Part shown: positions 1 to 11,579 of the stretch, one piece after another
How positions within the stretch are numbered: position 1 is the first letter of the stretch
Layout: every line of letters begins with the position of its first letter
NCBI RefSeq assembly: GCF_006345805.1
Contig: NC_043008.1
Span: 10,912,001-10,976,000, forward strand
Origin: Octopus sinensis
Taxonomy: Eukaryota
Length of the DNA stretch: 64,000 nucleotides
Direction: 5' to 3'
Made by a program: the position numbers and the translations under genes
Notes under the pieces: generated by a model
Told to the model about the DNA's origin: nothing
The model's database searches: none
Seen by the model: the letters and a program-made list of their open reading frames with translations, nothing else

Positions 1-54
<54 letters not shown>

Positions 55-77
55 TATACATATATATACATATATAT
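1..77. repeat. (TA)n/(TACA) microsatellite, truncated by window start
   Basis: Directly visible dinucleotide run. Confidence 0.95.
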
Positions 78-300
78 GTGACGCCGGGTGTATCGTTGGC
101 GATTTTCTTTCTCCGTCTTCCCTTCCTTGGACTTTTCCTTTTATCTATATTTCTGACGAAGAGCTCCGCTCTAAACGTTAAATCCTCTTTCTTTCTTTCT
201 TCTTTCTTTCTTTCTTTCTTTCCTTTCCTTTGCATCCAATAACACTATACTTGTTCCACGTCCTCGTGTTGTGTTTTCTCTTTGTTCATGTTTGGATTAA
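78..300 (+). mobile_element. Short non-autonomous element with hammerhead-like fold (probably Penelope-like terminal-repeat derivative), flanked by (TA)n
   Basis: Contains ctgacga-a-gagc-tcc-gctc-taaacgt. Shares the gaagagc...gctc-(g)aaac block and pyrimidine-rich arms with copies at 13115, 13477, 15247 and 53680. TA runs on both sides. Confidence 0.65.
149..184 (+). ncRNA. Minimal type I hammerhead ribozyme-like motif (G12 mutated to U)
   Basis: Stem I AUUU/AAAU, core CUGACGA, stem II GAGC/GCUC, then UAAAC-GU-U in place of GAAAC-GU-H; palindromic ACGU stem III. Confidence 0.6.
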
Positions 301-301
301 C

Positions 302-383
<82 letters not shown>

Positions 384-386
384 ATG
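301..386. repeat. (TA)n microsatellite
   Basis: Directly visible. Confidence 0.95.
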
Positions 387-427
387 TATGTGTGCATACC
401 ATACATATCTCTTTCTCTCTCTTTCTA

Positions 428-495
428 GTGTCTTAATAATTTTTCAAGCCAATCACGTGGGGAATGGTGTTTTCCTCCATTTTGGAAATGACAGT
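428..495 (-). repeat. Short interspersed repeat next to (TA)n, homologous to 14985-15065
   Basis: Reverse complement (ccaaaatggag...gtga..ggcttgaaaaatt...ttaaga) aligns by eye with 14985-15065. Confidence 0.55.
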
Positions 496-1492
496 CTCGT
501 GTGGTATATATATATATATATATTTGTATATATATATATATATATATGTATATATGAAATTCCAAATTAATCTGATTTTCACGTTTCTATTATTTACAAA
601 TTTTATAATTTTACGATATTGAATTAAACCAGTAATTTCATGTGTTTGGCAATAATCAGTTTATACAGTGACATCGTGTTCCAGAATTGGCAACTGTAGT
701 GAAAAGGTTAGATTTGTCTTTTAAAATACCCTCTGATGGGCTCCAGACATGATGGGAATGTGGAATATGTCCTTTTATTGATAAAGGTATGCAAACAAGA
801 TTGACATCGGTCATATTGGGATTGTAATTTGGACTAAAATATTTCATCAGAACATTTTGAATATTTGCTTATTTTGTCTTACATTTTAGTTTTGAGTAAT
901 ACCGATTCCAGTCCAATAAGATTTCAAAACATTCCCCGTCTCATCTTCTGAAGAAAAAATTGACGAAAATCTGCTTGACATATCTTCTAAACCATTTTGT
1001 ATTTTGTATGGGCTATCGCAATTTCGCATTGAAAACTATATTATAAACGTTAGAAGCTGAATAATAGTGAACCCGGTCAGTAAAATGTGATTTTCTATCT
1101 CTTATAGTTACAACATGCACTAAAATATGTTCAGTAAAACATTTTATAGGAAAACATTTTTATAAGAAAAACTTTTTGTATACAAATATTTATTAGTAAA
1201 ATATCTATTCTTTCTGTTTTTGTTTTTTGTCTGCAAAACTCACCATGTGAAAACATGTAATAATATTTTTAAAGTAAATCTGTTATATGGAAACATTTAT
1301 GCGAAAACATAATTTTATATATTTATTTTCGTATTTGTACGTATATAATAGAAATATTTAACTCCCATATTAAAAATAAAACTTTTTTTATTCAAATACA
1401 CACACAGGCTTTTGCAACATTTTCGTTCTTATTGTTTCTCTCTCCCCCTGTGTGTGTGTATGTGTATGTATATCTATATCTATAAATGCTCG

Positions 1493-1527
<35 letters not shown>

Positions 1528-1866
1528 ATATGCTGTATATAAGCTTGCTTATATATTACATTCTCCGAAAATAAATTATGCACCTACACACACACTGTTG
1601 AAATATATGTACAATAAAAATACAGAACATCTAAACAGAACATAAAACATATAATACACGACAAACAGTAGAAAACAAGATGTTCTGCGCATAATTTCAA
1701 AGTTTGTAATAATTCACTATTTAAAAGTTTTGTATTTATTTCATAAAATACGTTATAAGAAACTCTCGTGCGTGCAGTCACATTTTGGCAAGGAAATATT
1801 AATCTGTGGTGTAGATGTGGCCATGTGGTGAGGTTTGACGAATGCTAGAACTGTAAGAGTTAATTT

Positions 1867-2131
1867 AGGATCTTTTCGCTTTGACCGGCAGATTTTTAAA
1901 ATAATTTCTTTGTAACTAAACACATTTAAACTTCGTATACTGGTAGTGTATTACATAAATCATCATTTTCTCTTGGCTTTCTTGAGAAAATTCTATAATT
2001 TGTAAGCTATTTGTTGTTTAATTTCTTGCATTTCGGCAATTTCAACCAATCAATGACGTCTATTGAGGTGAATACAATTTCTGCCGTAGTTTGTCAACAA
2101 CATTTTCTGCCGGTCAAAGGGAAAAGATCCT
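1867..2131. mobile_element. MITE (non-autonomous DNA transposon) with 26-bp TIRs
   Basis: aggatcttttcgctttgaccggcaga (1867-1892) vs tctgccggtcaaagggaaaagatcct (2106-2131), 1 mismatch; a second family member lies at 35105-35460. Confidence 0.85.
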
Positions 2132-2444
2132 TAATTTACATTTCATCTCTGTATACAGGCATCAATTTTTATCAGGTCTGTATAAGGTGTTTCACTCGGT
2201 ATTTAGGCCAAAGCCTTTCAAAAGGAAATAAGAGCATACAGTCTATATTTGTATTAGTGGCCTGAATGAGGTATTTGGTAGACTTTCCCGGTTATGCTGC
2301 TTTCTATAATTAGCATAGGCCATTTCGGATGCTATACAGTCCAACACGGGATTGACTACTTTGTCATCGAATCACAGAGTTATGTACTACCTAAAAGGCA
2401 TAAAATATACACAAGTCCACATACATATTTAACTACTATACACA

Positions 2445-2720
2445 TCTATTATATAAAATCCGTTCTGTGTGTGTGTGTTCTTCTAGGATTTCGGGTATTC
2501 TCCATCCGATTGCGCTCAAATTTGATATGTAGACACCAACGGTATCAGGTCGTATATAAGTCTTGAAAAATTACAAAAATCGATGCCAGGTGAGAATGCG
2601 ATCGATAAAGCCGTGGAAACGTGGATTTGTACGCGCAAGTACATCAGCTGTTGCGATCGATACTACACGTACACGAGAAAAATACACGTGCAGTTTTCGC
2701 AAAAAAGGCCGGCCTGTTTG
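2445..2720 (+). mobile_element. Non-autonomous Helitron-like 5' portion
   Basis: A|TCTATTATATAAAA start followed by a (GT)n block and a ccgattgcgctcaaatttg motif, the same architecture as the Helitron starts at 48361 and 48743; no CTAG 3' end found. Confidence 0.5.
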
Positions 2721-3871
2721 GTGTCTCAAATTTAGGTTAAATCAGTGTTTCTCAAAGGGGAGGCCTATGGGACGGTCGGACAAGTTGTTTTAAGAAAATT
2801 TGGTTTAAATGTTTGACAACTCAGCACGGTCCATTGGACGGGGGGGGGGGCGTTTTGCTCGTATAGTATATAAGAGATCACAGTTTCATGTAAGTCATTA
2901 ATTCTCTTCATTGTAAGAAGGTATCTGAAGAACTTATTTTAGAAAACACAGTGTAGACCATAGATATCCTTATATACCTATGAGCATGGGAAAACAAAAC
3001 TGTTGATATGGGATGTGTTTGCAGCCGAAAAAATGTAAATATACTTTGTACTATGAATGGAGTTATTTATCTCGTTCGTAGTGTAGATTGCAAAATAAGT
3101 GCTAATATCCTATAAGTTGAGTTTCAGACCAAACTTAAATATATGACTAAAAGCATTCGATATTTGTTATCTTTCATTTTGTTTGAACACAGAATATAGA
3201 AAAGATGCTTTAGATTATAACCATGATATAAACGATTGGATATAAGTCATTTCACCGGAAGTCCAATATTGTCTATTCTAAAAACACTGGACTATCTAAA
3301 TTACATCTGAAGTCGTCCTTTGTTCTTCACATTTTAACAAACTGGTAAAATTTGTTTATTTAAACGTCAGGTTTAGTATCGTAAATCCAACTTTCTTAAT
3401 TACAAAGTTGCACCAAACTATGTATAAAGTAAACCTTTGAAGAAATATGAGGCACTTCTTACATAACACAGGTTTGTTGTGCTGTTGATAGTTGTTATTT
3501 TACAGAACAAGCTATTAGTTATACCTAATCATTAATATAAATCTTAAATTCTTAGCAGAAAATCACTTTAGCTGCATTTGCAAGCATTTAAGATAGATGT
3601 AATGGAAAGATTAAATCCTTTAGAGAATAGTAAAATTTGATAATCCACACGAATTGCTGAAATAATTGGTCGTATTTACAAGAGACGCAAGTTGTAATGT
3701 GTCACGATATATCCTGTGCTGCAGTCACGTTATGTTAATTGTTATACACACGCACACATACTCACACATAGATTTTATGTGTATGTCTGTATATACGTAT
3801 GTAAGTAAGCATGTATGCACATGCAGACACGCTCATACACGCGAAGATGCACACATACACATACACACACA

Positions 3872-3935
3872 CAAAGATACATGTATTTGAAAGATACATG
3901 TATTTGAAAGATACATGTATTTGAAAGATACATGT
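3872..3935. repeat. 17-bp tandem repeat (AAAGATACATGTATTTG), about 3.7 copies
   Basis: Directly visible perfect units. Confidence 0.9.
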
Positions 3936-4060
3936 ACGTGTGTGGTGTACGTGTGTGCCGTGAATATTCTCAAAAATAACGATCTGCTGAAGTTTGAACG
4001 AATTTGTCAAATTTGCTACAAGTGGTACTAAGTTACGTTTTTAATATACATATATATATA

Positions 4061-4361
4061 AAGGCGGCGAGCTGGCAGAAACGTTAGCATGCCGGGCGAA
4101 ATGCTTAGCGGTATTTCGTCTGCCGCTACGTTCTGAGTTCAAATTCCGCCGAAGTCGACTTTGCCTCTCATCCTTTCGGGGTCGATTAAATAATTAGCAG
4201 TTACGCACTGGGGTCGATATAATCGACTTAATGCGTTTGTCTGTCCTTGTTTGCCCACTCTGTGTTTAGCTCCTTGTGGGTAGGAAAGAAATAGGTATTC
4301 CGTCTGTCCTTGTGTTCTGAGTTCAAACTCCGCCGAGGTCGACTTTGTCTTTTATCCTTTC
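4061..4361 (+). mobile_element. tRNA-derived SINE family A (head, body and partial second module)
   Basis: aaggcggcgagctggcagaa head with A-box-like TGGCAGAA and B-box GAGTTCAAATTCC; about 10 homologous copies in the window. Confidence 0.9.
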
Positions 4362-4509
4362 AGTTTCCGTCTACCAAATCCACCCACAAGGCTTTGGTCG
4401 GCCCGAGGCTATAGTAGAAGACACTTGCCCAAGGTGCTATGCAGTGGGACTGAACCCGGAACCATGTGGCTGGTAAGCAAGCTACTTACCACACAGGCAC
4501 TCCTACGCC
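4360..4509 (-). mobile_element. tRNA-derived SINE family B, 5' half
   Basis: Minus strand reads ggcgtaggagtgcctgtgtggtaag...ccgggttcagtccc (A/B boxes); homologous to 9553, 19284, 24039 and 24555. Confidence 0.9.
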
Positions 4510-5479
4510 AAAATCTTCTGAAAGGTGTATAAAAAAGAGTGGGGCGTGACACATCCGTGAGCTTTTGAGAGAGCAATGGTGATTTGAAACCTGTATTTAG
4601 ACGTTGAATTAAAAATTTAGAGTAAAGTCAGAAAATCGATCATCAAACTTTCAACAGTTGTATTTAAACCGTCACCGACAGAGTTAATACGAAAACTGTA
4701 TAAACGCAATAAAAACATAATTACTATCAAATCTACAAGAGGAGCGAAAGTTTCCAAATTTATTTAGCTTAAAACGTGTTGATATCCAATATTATCTAAC
4801 TTATAAAAGAAATTATTAATTAAAATAAGCAATTATCGAACAATCATAATTCATGAGAATCTCATTAATTGTGTGAAAAGTATATCCCGGTGGAGCAAAC
4901 GTTCATAAAGCATGATGATTGAGAGTCTTATCCCACAGAGGATATCGATATTATAAATGATCAGAAAGTAATAAATCTTCATTTCCGAGGGTCAGATTCA
5001 TTGAGCTTCAACATTGATTCTGACGTATTATACATTTTTGATGCGTTTTGTATTTCCAATTTCATTCAATTCTCTCCTTTATTCAGTGTTGTTCCCAATA
5101 GAACGTGATATACAACGATTGATTGAGTAAAGAACCAAGCAGCAACAGAAGAGGGTTACTGTTTTGTATCATCGAGTAGAATAACGAAGCATAAAGCTTA
5201 TGTTCTCGGTATAGAGGAAAATTAAACGTAAAATCAAGAAGCGAACGAAACGTGGCGTAATCGCAATATTTCAGCAAATTGAGTGAAGTGGGTTGAGAAG
5301 ATGTTTGATATCTGAACAAAACTCATTTCCGTTATTATTTGCGACGCATCGTTTCGGTTTCGAATCATGTTACGGCTAACTTTAACTTTCATCATTCCTG
5401 ATTAATTAAATAAATTATTAATCGGATGTTTACGATAAAACTCTAGCGTTAATAGTATCAACAATATTATTGGTAATTG

Positions 5480-6000
5480 ATATGGAATAGTATCAAGTAT
5501 GTAAAATTAACTATTTATTGAAATTAGTAATAATCGACATCGATAATCTGTGTAACCGGGGTGAAAACCGAAGATATCACCTACACCATAAGCAGTTGTC
5601 CAAAATGTCATGCGGTATTATCTATCGATGAGAAATGATGTCGTAGCTTGGACAGTGTATAACGACATCTATCGAAAGGTTAACTCCAAGGACAAAGAAA
5701 TACGAACCCATAGTTTGGTGGAAGTCATAGCCATTCATAATAAAAAAGAGAGATGGTGGAATGTCCCAGTGGAAACCTCAATAAAATGTAAACACAATTG
5801 TCCTGATATAATGATTTGGGATACAGAAGAGAAACTGTGTACATATATGTAACACACTGCCTAATTATCAATCTTGAGAAATTAGGCGTCTCAAAACCAG
5901 AAAGGACAAATCTGATTCGAAGACTATAGATCCAATCCATCAGTGGAATTGTAAATATCGGTAAAACTTTCCAGAAGTTCATCATTTAAGTATAAATGAG
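5480..6000 (+). mobile_element. Decayed RLE-type (R4/Dong-like) LINE 3' fragment
   Basis: Translation gives EDITYTISSCPK..RYYLSMRNDVVA (zinc knuckle and RHD remnant) and WWNVPVETSIKCKHNCPDIMIWD (PD of the restriction-like endonuclease); frameshifted. Confidence 0.75.
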
Positions 6001-6079
6001 CATATCTAGGTATGCAAGTATATGCATGAGAAGACATACATAAAACAAAACATACAAAACATACAAATCTGCACGTATG

Positions 6080-6109
6080 CATACATGCATACATACATAC
6101 ATACATACA

Positions 6110-6143
<34 letters not shown>

Positions 6144-6150
6144 CATACAA
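6080..6150. repeat. (TACA)n microsatellite
   Basis: Directly visible. Confidence 0.9.
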
Positions 6151-7183
6151 AAATACCCTGTTGATGTTGTTGAAATTCCAATGGCAGAACCTTGGATCTA
6201 GGTGAGATACCTGCTCCGTTTCTATTAAGAAATCTTGAAATAAAACTGAATAATGACATACATAGACACGTTCCTACGTTCATGTCTATGCATATATGTA
6301 TGCATGTATGTTTAGGTTACTGATTGTAAAATTATATAAAAATATTTTAGTCAGTCCAATATAACCAAAACTTCGTATTCGATGTTTTAAATATTGTTTT
6401 GTGTTTTCACAAGTTCTTTCATATCTTTACAACTTCAGGTAAATGTTTATAATGCAATGATAACTATATCACGGTGAATGCATAACAGTGGTAATTGCAG
6501 CGAAATTAATTTGCATAGAGCCAGAGTAACAATAAATGTGTAGCACTTGAAGAAATGAAGGAAGATAATATTTACAACATTACACCAGTTTTTGTGCGAA
6601 TGATATTCTTTAGTCAAATTAAATTTGAATCAATATTACTGTACATACAGAACTGGTTTGAACTTTCCAGTAAAGATTTCTTCTTATGTCCTTATAACTT
6701 CGCTTGAGTCATAATGCTTATGCTGTTGATTTATGGCTATGTGATTCCAAAGGATTACTTTGGGCGATTTGTCTGATATTTGACTTCCGAATTGCTGCTG
6801 GGTACTTCGTGTGCGTTCATAAATATTTTCCAGACGAGCCAATATTTGTACTTTTTTTTTGTCAAGTCGGGTATTTGGTGCAATAAACAAGATTTCTGCT
6901 CTGATAGTTGGTATTCCTATTAGTAAATACTTTCCTTCCGATTTTGTGTTGGTATAATGACCATGATTTCCAGTAAGTACCTAATTAAAGAAATAGAAAA
7001 TGAAAAAGAAAAAAATCTTAGACGGGAACTTACTGCAATGAAATTTAAAGCAGATATTTCTATCAAGTTGAGTAAAAAGTAAGCAACGTTCTGAACCATG
7101 AAGAATTTGTATCGGATTTTTGCAGAGTTTTGAATTTTTTAAAACATTTTCTTGCAAATCTTTGATAATACAGATACAAATTT

Positions 7184-7398
7184 AAGACGGCGAGCTGGCA
7201 GACACATTAGCACGCTGGGAGAAATGCTTAGCGGTATTTCATCTGTCTTTACGTTCTGATTTCGAATCCCGCTGAGGTCGACTTTGTCTTTCATCCTTCC
7301 GGGGTCGATAAATTAAGTACCAGTTGCGTACTGGTGTCGCTCTAATCAACTGGCCCTCTCCCACCAAATTTCGGGCCTTGTGCCTAGAAAAAAAAAGG
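7184..7398 (+). mobile_element. SINE family A inserted in the mariner 5' UTR
   Basis: aagacggcgagctggcag head, B-box variant, A-rich end; possible decayed TSD tacagatacaaattt / tacagacatagactt. Confidence 0.88.
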
Positions 7399-7476
7399 AC
7401 TACAGACATAGACTTGCCCAAATGCGTCAATAAATTAACAGTCATACTTTTTTCACCGTTGTTACGATCATCTGAA

Positions 7477-8481
7477 ATGGAACTGTCAAAGCGCGATATT
7501 CGAGCAATTTTGTTATTCAACTTCAAAAAAGGACCTAAAGCAGCTGAAACTGCTCACGATATCAACGAAACGTTTGATGAGGAAGTGACCAGTGAGTGGT
7601 CAGCTTGAAAATGGTTTAAACGATTTTGCAGTAGAGACTTTAGCCTTGAAGATCGTGAGCGTAATGGGCGCCCATCTGTCATCGATGACGGTCAATTAAT
7701 GACCGTCATTGCGAAAGATCCGCGTAAAACCACTCGAGAACTGACAAAAGAACTTCCACTTAGCTAGAAAATTGTCTCCAACCATTTGCATGCGATCGGA
7801 AAATCAAAGAACTCAACAATGGGTACCGCATGATTTGAATGAAAATCAGAACATGTGTAGATATGAAATTTGCTCGTTGTTTCAGTAACAAGACCGATCC
7901 ATTTCTCAACCGTACAGTAACTTGCGATGAAAAGTGGAATCTGTACAATAATAAAAAAAGCGTCCTTCGCTGTGGTTGGACCAAAATGAAGCACCGAAAC
8001 CTGCCCTAATTTCGAGCTCTTCAACAAGAAGGTTATGGCAAATATTTGCTGGTGTACTGCTGGACACGTCTACTATAACTTCTGAAAGCCTGGATAAGCC
8101 ATTACTGCAGAAATATATTGCCCTGAAATTGCCAAAATGAACAAAAAACTGCAACTCTTCCGTCTCAGACAGTGTCAACAGGCGAGGGCCAATCATTTTT
8201 CATGACAATGCTCGAGCACACGTTTGACTAATCACGCTCCAGAAGTTCAAGGAACTTAGGTACGAAGTTCTTCACCACCCAGCGTATTTACCGGACCTTT
8301 CTCCTACCGACTAACACTTTTTCAAGCACCTTGATGGTTTCCTTGCGAGAGAAGGAGTTCAAAAACCAAACCGATGCTGAAAGTGCGTTCAAAGAGTTCA
8401 TCAGCTCCAGAACTCCAGATCTTTATGTTACCGGAATAAACACATTTGTAACCCATCGGACAAAAATGTGTTGATGAATAA
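7477..8481 (+). pseudogene. Mariner transposase pseudogene
   Basis: MELSKRDIRAILLFNFKKG..., GRPS, WVPHDL, VTCDEKW, HDNARAH and HPAYLPDLSPTD motifs, with several stops and frameshifts. Confidence 0.92.
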
Positions 8482-9552
8482 AATTTCCGCATTGTTGAAA
8501 TATATTGTGATGAATTTCATGTTTGGAAACGTTGCTTACTTTTTACTCAGTCTGATACTATTGTGTGTCAGTAATCTTGTTTCAAAGTATAATATAAGGC
8601 TATCGATCGTCAAATTCCTGATGAAATATCAAAAAAAACGAGTAGCAATATATTTGGAAAACAGCGAGAAATATTGATAAAATGCACTATACAATAAATC
8701 TTGTAAAATGTCGAGATTGGTCTCTTGGACTCTGGAATATTGCCATGAACACGCTGGATTCTAGTATTAAGACAATGGAACTGACAGGAGCTTCACTCAG
8801 CAACCACTAAAGGATTAATAGCGGATTAACAGCGGAGAGGAATGATAACCTTTTGGAGGAATCTCTTGACGTTTACGAAACGAACTGGTGGAATGTTATA
8901 GAAGATATACGGACTGAAGACTACTATGGATGGCTTCTATCAGTTCTTTGATTGTTTTGTTACCAAGGAGCGCCTCCGCTCCGAGATAAGCTCTACAGAC
9001 ACATAAATGACGTCAGACAGTTTTAACCAAGATATTCGCAGAACGACGGAAGCCGTTTTACACACGGCCGTTGAATGGCCGGGTATTGTTGACTCGGTTA
9101 GCTATGATGACCACGTTGTGTTGTGTGTGGGAGTGGTGTAGCTATCAGCCGATTGTATCGTGATGAATGCCTAATTTCCCTTCATTAACCGGGTGGGAAA
9201 GTAGTCTGGTGACTATAATGAAAGAAGTTTTATGGTGGACGAGGGTAAAATTTGTGCGGGCAGAGATTTCACTCATTAGTTAAACTTACATCGATTCTTT
9301 TCAAGTTTAAATTGAAATGGTACAGAGGCGAGTATTGTCATGAAATGAATATATAGAAAGGAGCATTAATCTTTATTTATTCTACCCATGTTCTTCAAGA
9401 TTTTCTCCTTCAATTCTTTCCTTTATGCTTACACTTCCCCCACCCGATTTCGAACCCTAGTAAAAGCGGACATGCCATGACTGTAGGTAGGAGGACGAGA
9501 ACTGGGATGGTCACTTGCCCTTGATGTTCAAACTAACCATGGATCTAAGGGG

Positions 9553-9670
9553 TTTTCATTTGGCCCGTGACTATAATAGAAGACACTTAACGAACGTGCC
9601 ACGCAGTGGGACTGAACCCGGCTCCATGTGGTTCGTAAGCAAGCTACTTACCACACAACCACTCCTAAGT
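9553..9670 (-). mobile_element. SINE family B head
   Basis: gtgccacgcagtgggactgaacccgg...gcaagctacttaccacac matches the other B copies. Confidence 0.88.
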
Positions 9671-9804
9671 CGAATATTTTTATGTAAAGCCTCATGCTTT
9701 ATGTCGATAATCTATGGCTTTCATCCGTCACTTTCGTTGTAAATAAAACTGTTACTAGTTCTATCACTATAGGACATTGCTTAATCATAATTGTTTCAGG
9801 GAGG

Positions 9805-9978
9805 TGCTAAGTCGATTACATCGACCCCAGTGCTCAGTTAGTACTTATTTTCTCGACCTATAAAAGATTAAAAGCAAAGACAGCCTCAATGAAATTTGAA
9901 CTCAGAACAAAAAGACTAGCGAAATGCCACAAAGCATTTTGTCCAGCTTGATACCGATCCTGCCAGCTCACCGCCCTA
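9805..9978 (-). mobile_element. SINE family A, diverged
   Basis: gtcgattacatcgacccc...tttgaactcagaac...ctgccagctcaccgcc. Confidence 0.85.
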
Positions 9979-10356
9979 AATTGCTTAGTCATATTCAGTG
10001 GCAGAAACAATAGAAGACCGGAATATATACATTATAGAATTTAGCTTCGTCGCTTTACGTGTTGACTTCCGAGGTTTGCAGTAGTTTCCTTCTTCCGGAG
10101 CCGATAAAAAAAAGTTAATTAAACCTTTAAGGGTAAGTACAATAAAAACATTTTTAGTGTTCTTTTTTTTATAGTAAAATTCTTGTTATTTACTGTTCAG
10201 ATTATATTTTATGGATATAATTTGAAAGGACGCTCGACAGTGTTGTTGGTAATGATTTTTTAATGTTTTTATAGCCACAAAGGGGACGATAATGATGCCA
10301 AAAGATGAATGATAATGGCGATAATGATTGTTATGCTGTTGCTGCTGCCGATGATA

Positions 10357-10392
<36 letters not shown>

Positions 10393-10584
10393 ATGATTCA
10401 TCTAACAATCACAATGAAAAAAATCATACCGTATGGTGTGATAATCTCGTTATAATTTTCTTTGTATTATGGTTTTTGTTTTTGTTTTTTATTTTAGTTT
10501 CGATTTTATGGTATTTTATATTTTTATTTTTAATCTTATCGTTTATATGTATTACTTTTCTCACACTACTATTAGAAAGGGTTT

Positions 10585-10585
10585 A

Positions 10586-10676
<91 letters not shown>

Positions 10677-11084
10677 ATATATATACATATATATTGTATA
10701 TATGTATATATATATGTATATACATATATACATATATACATATATATATATGCAATATATAGACATGTATATATATATATAGACATGTATATATATACAT
10801 ATATACATATATATGTATATATGTATATATGTATATATATACATGTCTATATATATATATACATGTCTATATATTGCATATATAGACATGTGTGTAAATA
10901 GACACACACACATATATAGATATACATATATATATACATATGTACACATATATATATGCATATATAAACATATATATATATTATCGTATGTGTATATGAA
11001 TATATATATATATATGTACATAAATATATATATGTATATATATGTGTGTATATATATATATTCATGTATATACATATATACTTG

Positions 11085-11116
<32 letters not shown>

Positions 11117-11226
11117 CATACATATATATATATATATACATATACACATATACACATGTCTATGTATGCAATATATGCATGAATATGTAAGTGTATAAAT
11201 ACACACACACACACATATATATATAT
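10585..11226. repeat. Compound (TA)n/(TACA)/(TG) microsatellite field
   Basis: Directly visible; source of many spurious IY-rich ORFs. Confidence 0.95.
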
Positions 11227-11484
11227 CAAGAAAGAAAGAAAGAAAGAATAAACCTGTTTTAATCTACCGAAGTTTCGCTATTAACAGCGGGCAGTCTGTG
11301 GAGTAATCAATAAACTGCAGACGAACACCTCTGAGACTTATTTTTGAATTATATCCATTGGCTTTCCACTCATTTAGCTTCACTGCCTCGAAACCAACCA
11401 GTATCTGGTCACGCATTGGTGAATATAGCTGCCGTGATATCAGGTTTGACAATGATTCAGCCATTAGATAAAGATATTGGAGAA

Positions 11485-11510
11485 AGAGAGCGAGGGAGAG
11501 AGGGAATTGG

Positions 11511-11579
<69 letters not shown>

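Larger units (their letters stand above)
7063..8555 (+). mobile_element. Near full-length mariner (DD34D) transposon, dead, with a nested SINE
   Basis: TA at 7061-62 and 8556-57; TIRs tcaagttgagtaaaaagtaagcaacgtt / aacgttgcttactttttactcagtctga (3 mismatches); about 1.27 kb after removing the SINE. Confidence 0.92.

Noticed and set aside
656-1060. Possible Penelope or host coding fragment (WECGICPFIDKG on plus; 63-aa ORF on minus)
   Set aside because: Only a CxxC-like hint; stops in all frames and no second motif
2743-2951. hAT-type MITE starting CAGTGTTTCTCAA
   Set aside because: The right TIR is poor and there is no 8-bp TSD
3872-3935. CRISPR-like or other spacer array
   Set aside because: Contiguous 17-bp tandem units without spacers; eukaryotic context
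6900-6935. LLIGIPTIR resembling the MGAT4 glycosyltransferase GIPTV motif
   Set aside because: The following residues do not match; too short to assign
8580-9300. Complex sequence possibly from a LINE
   Set aside because: No recognisable motif in any frame
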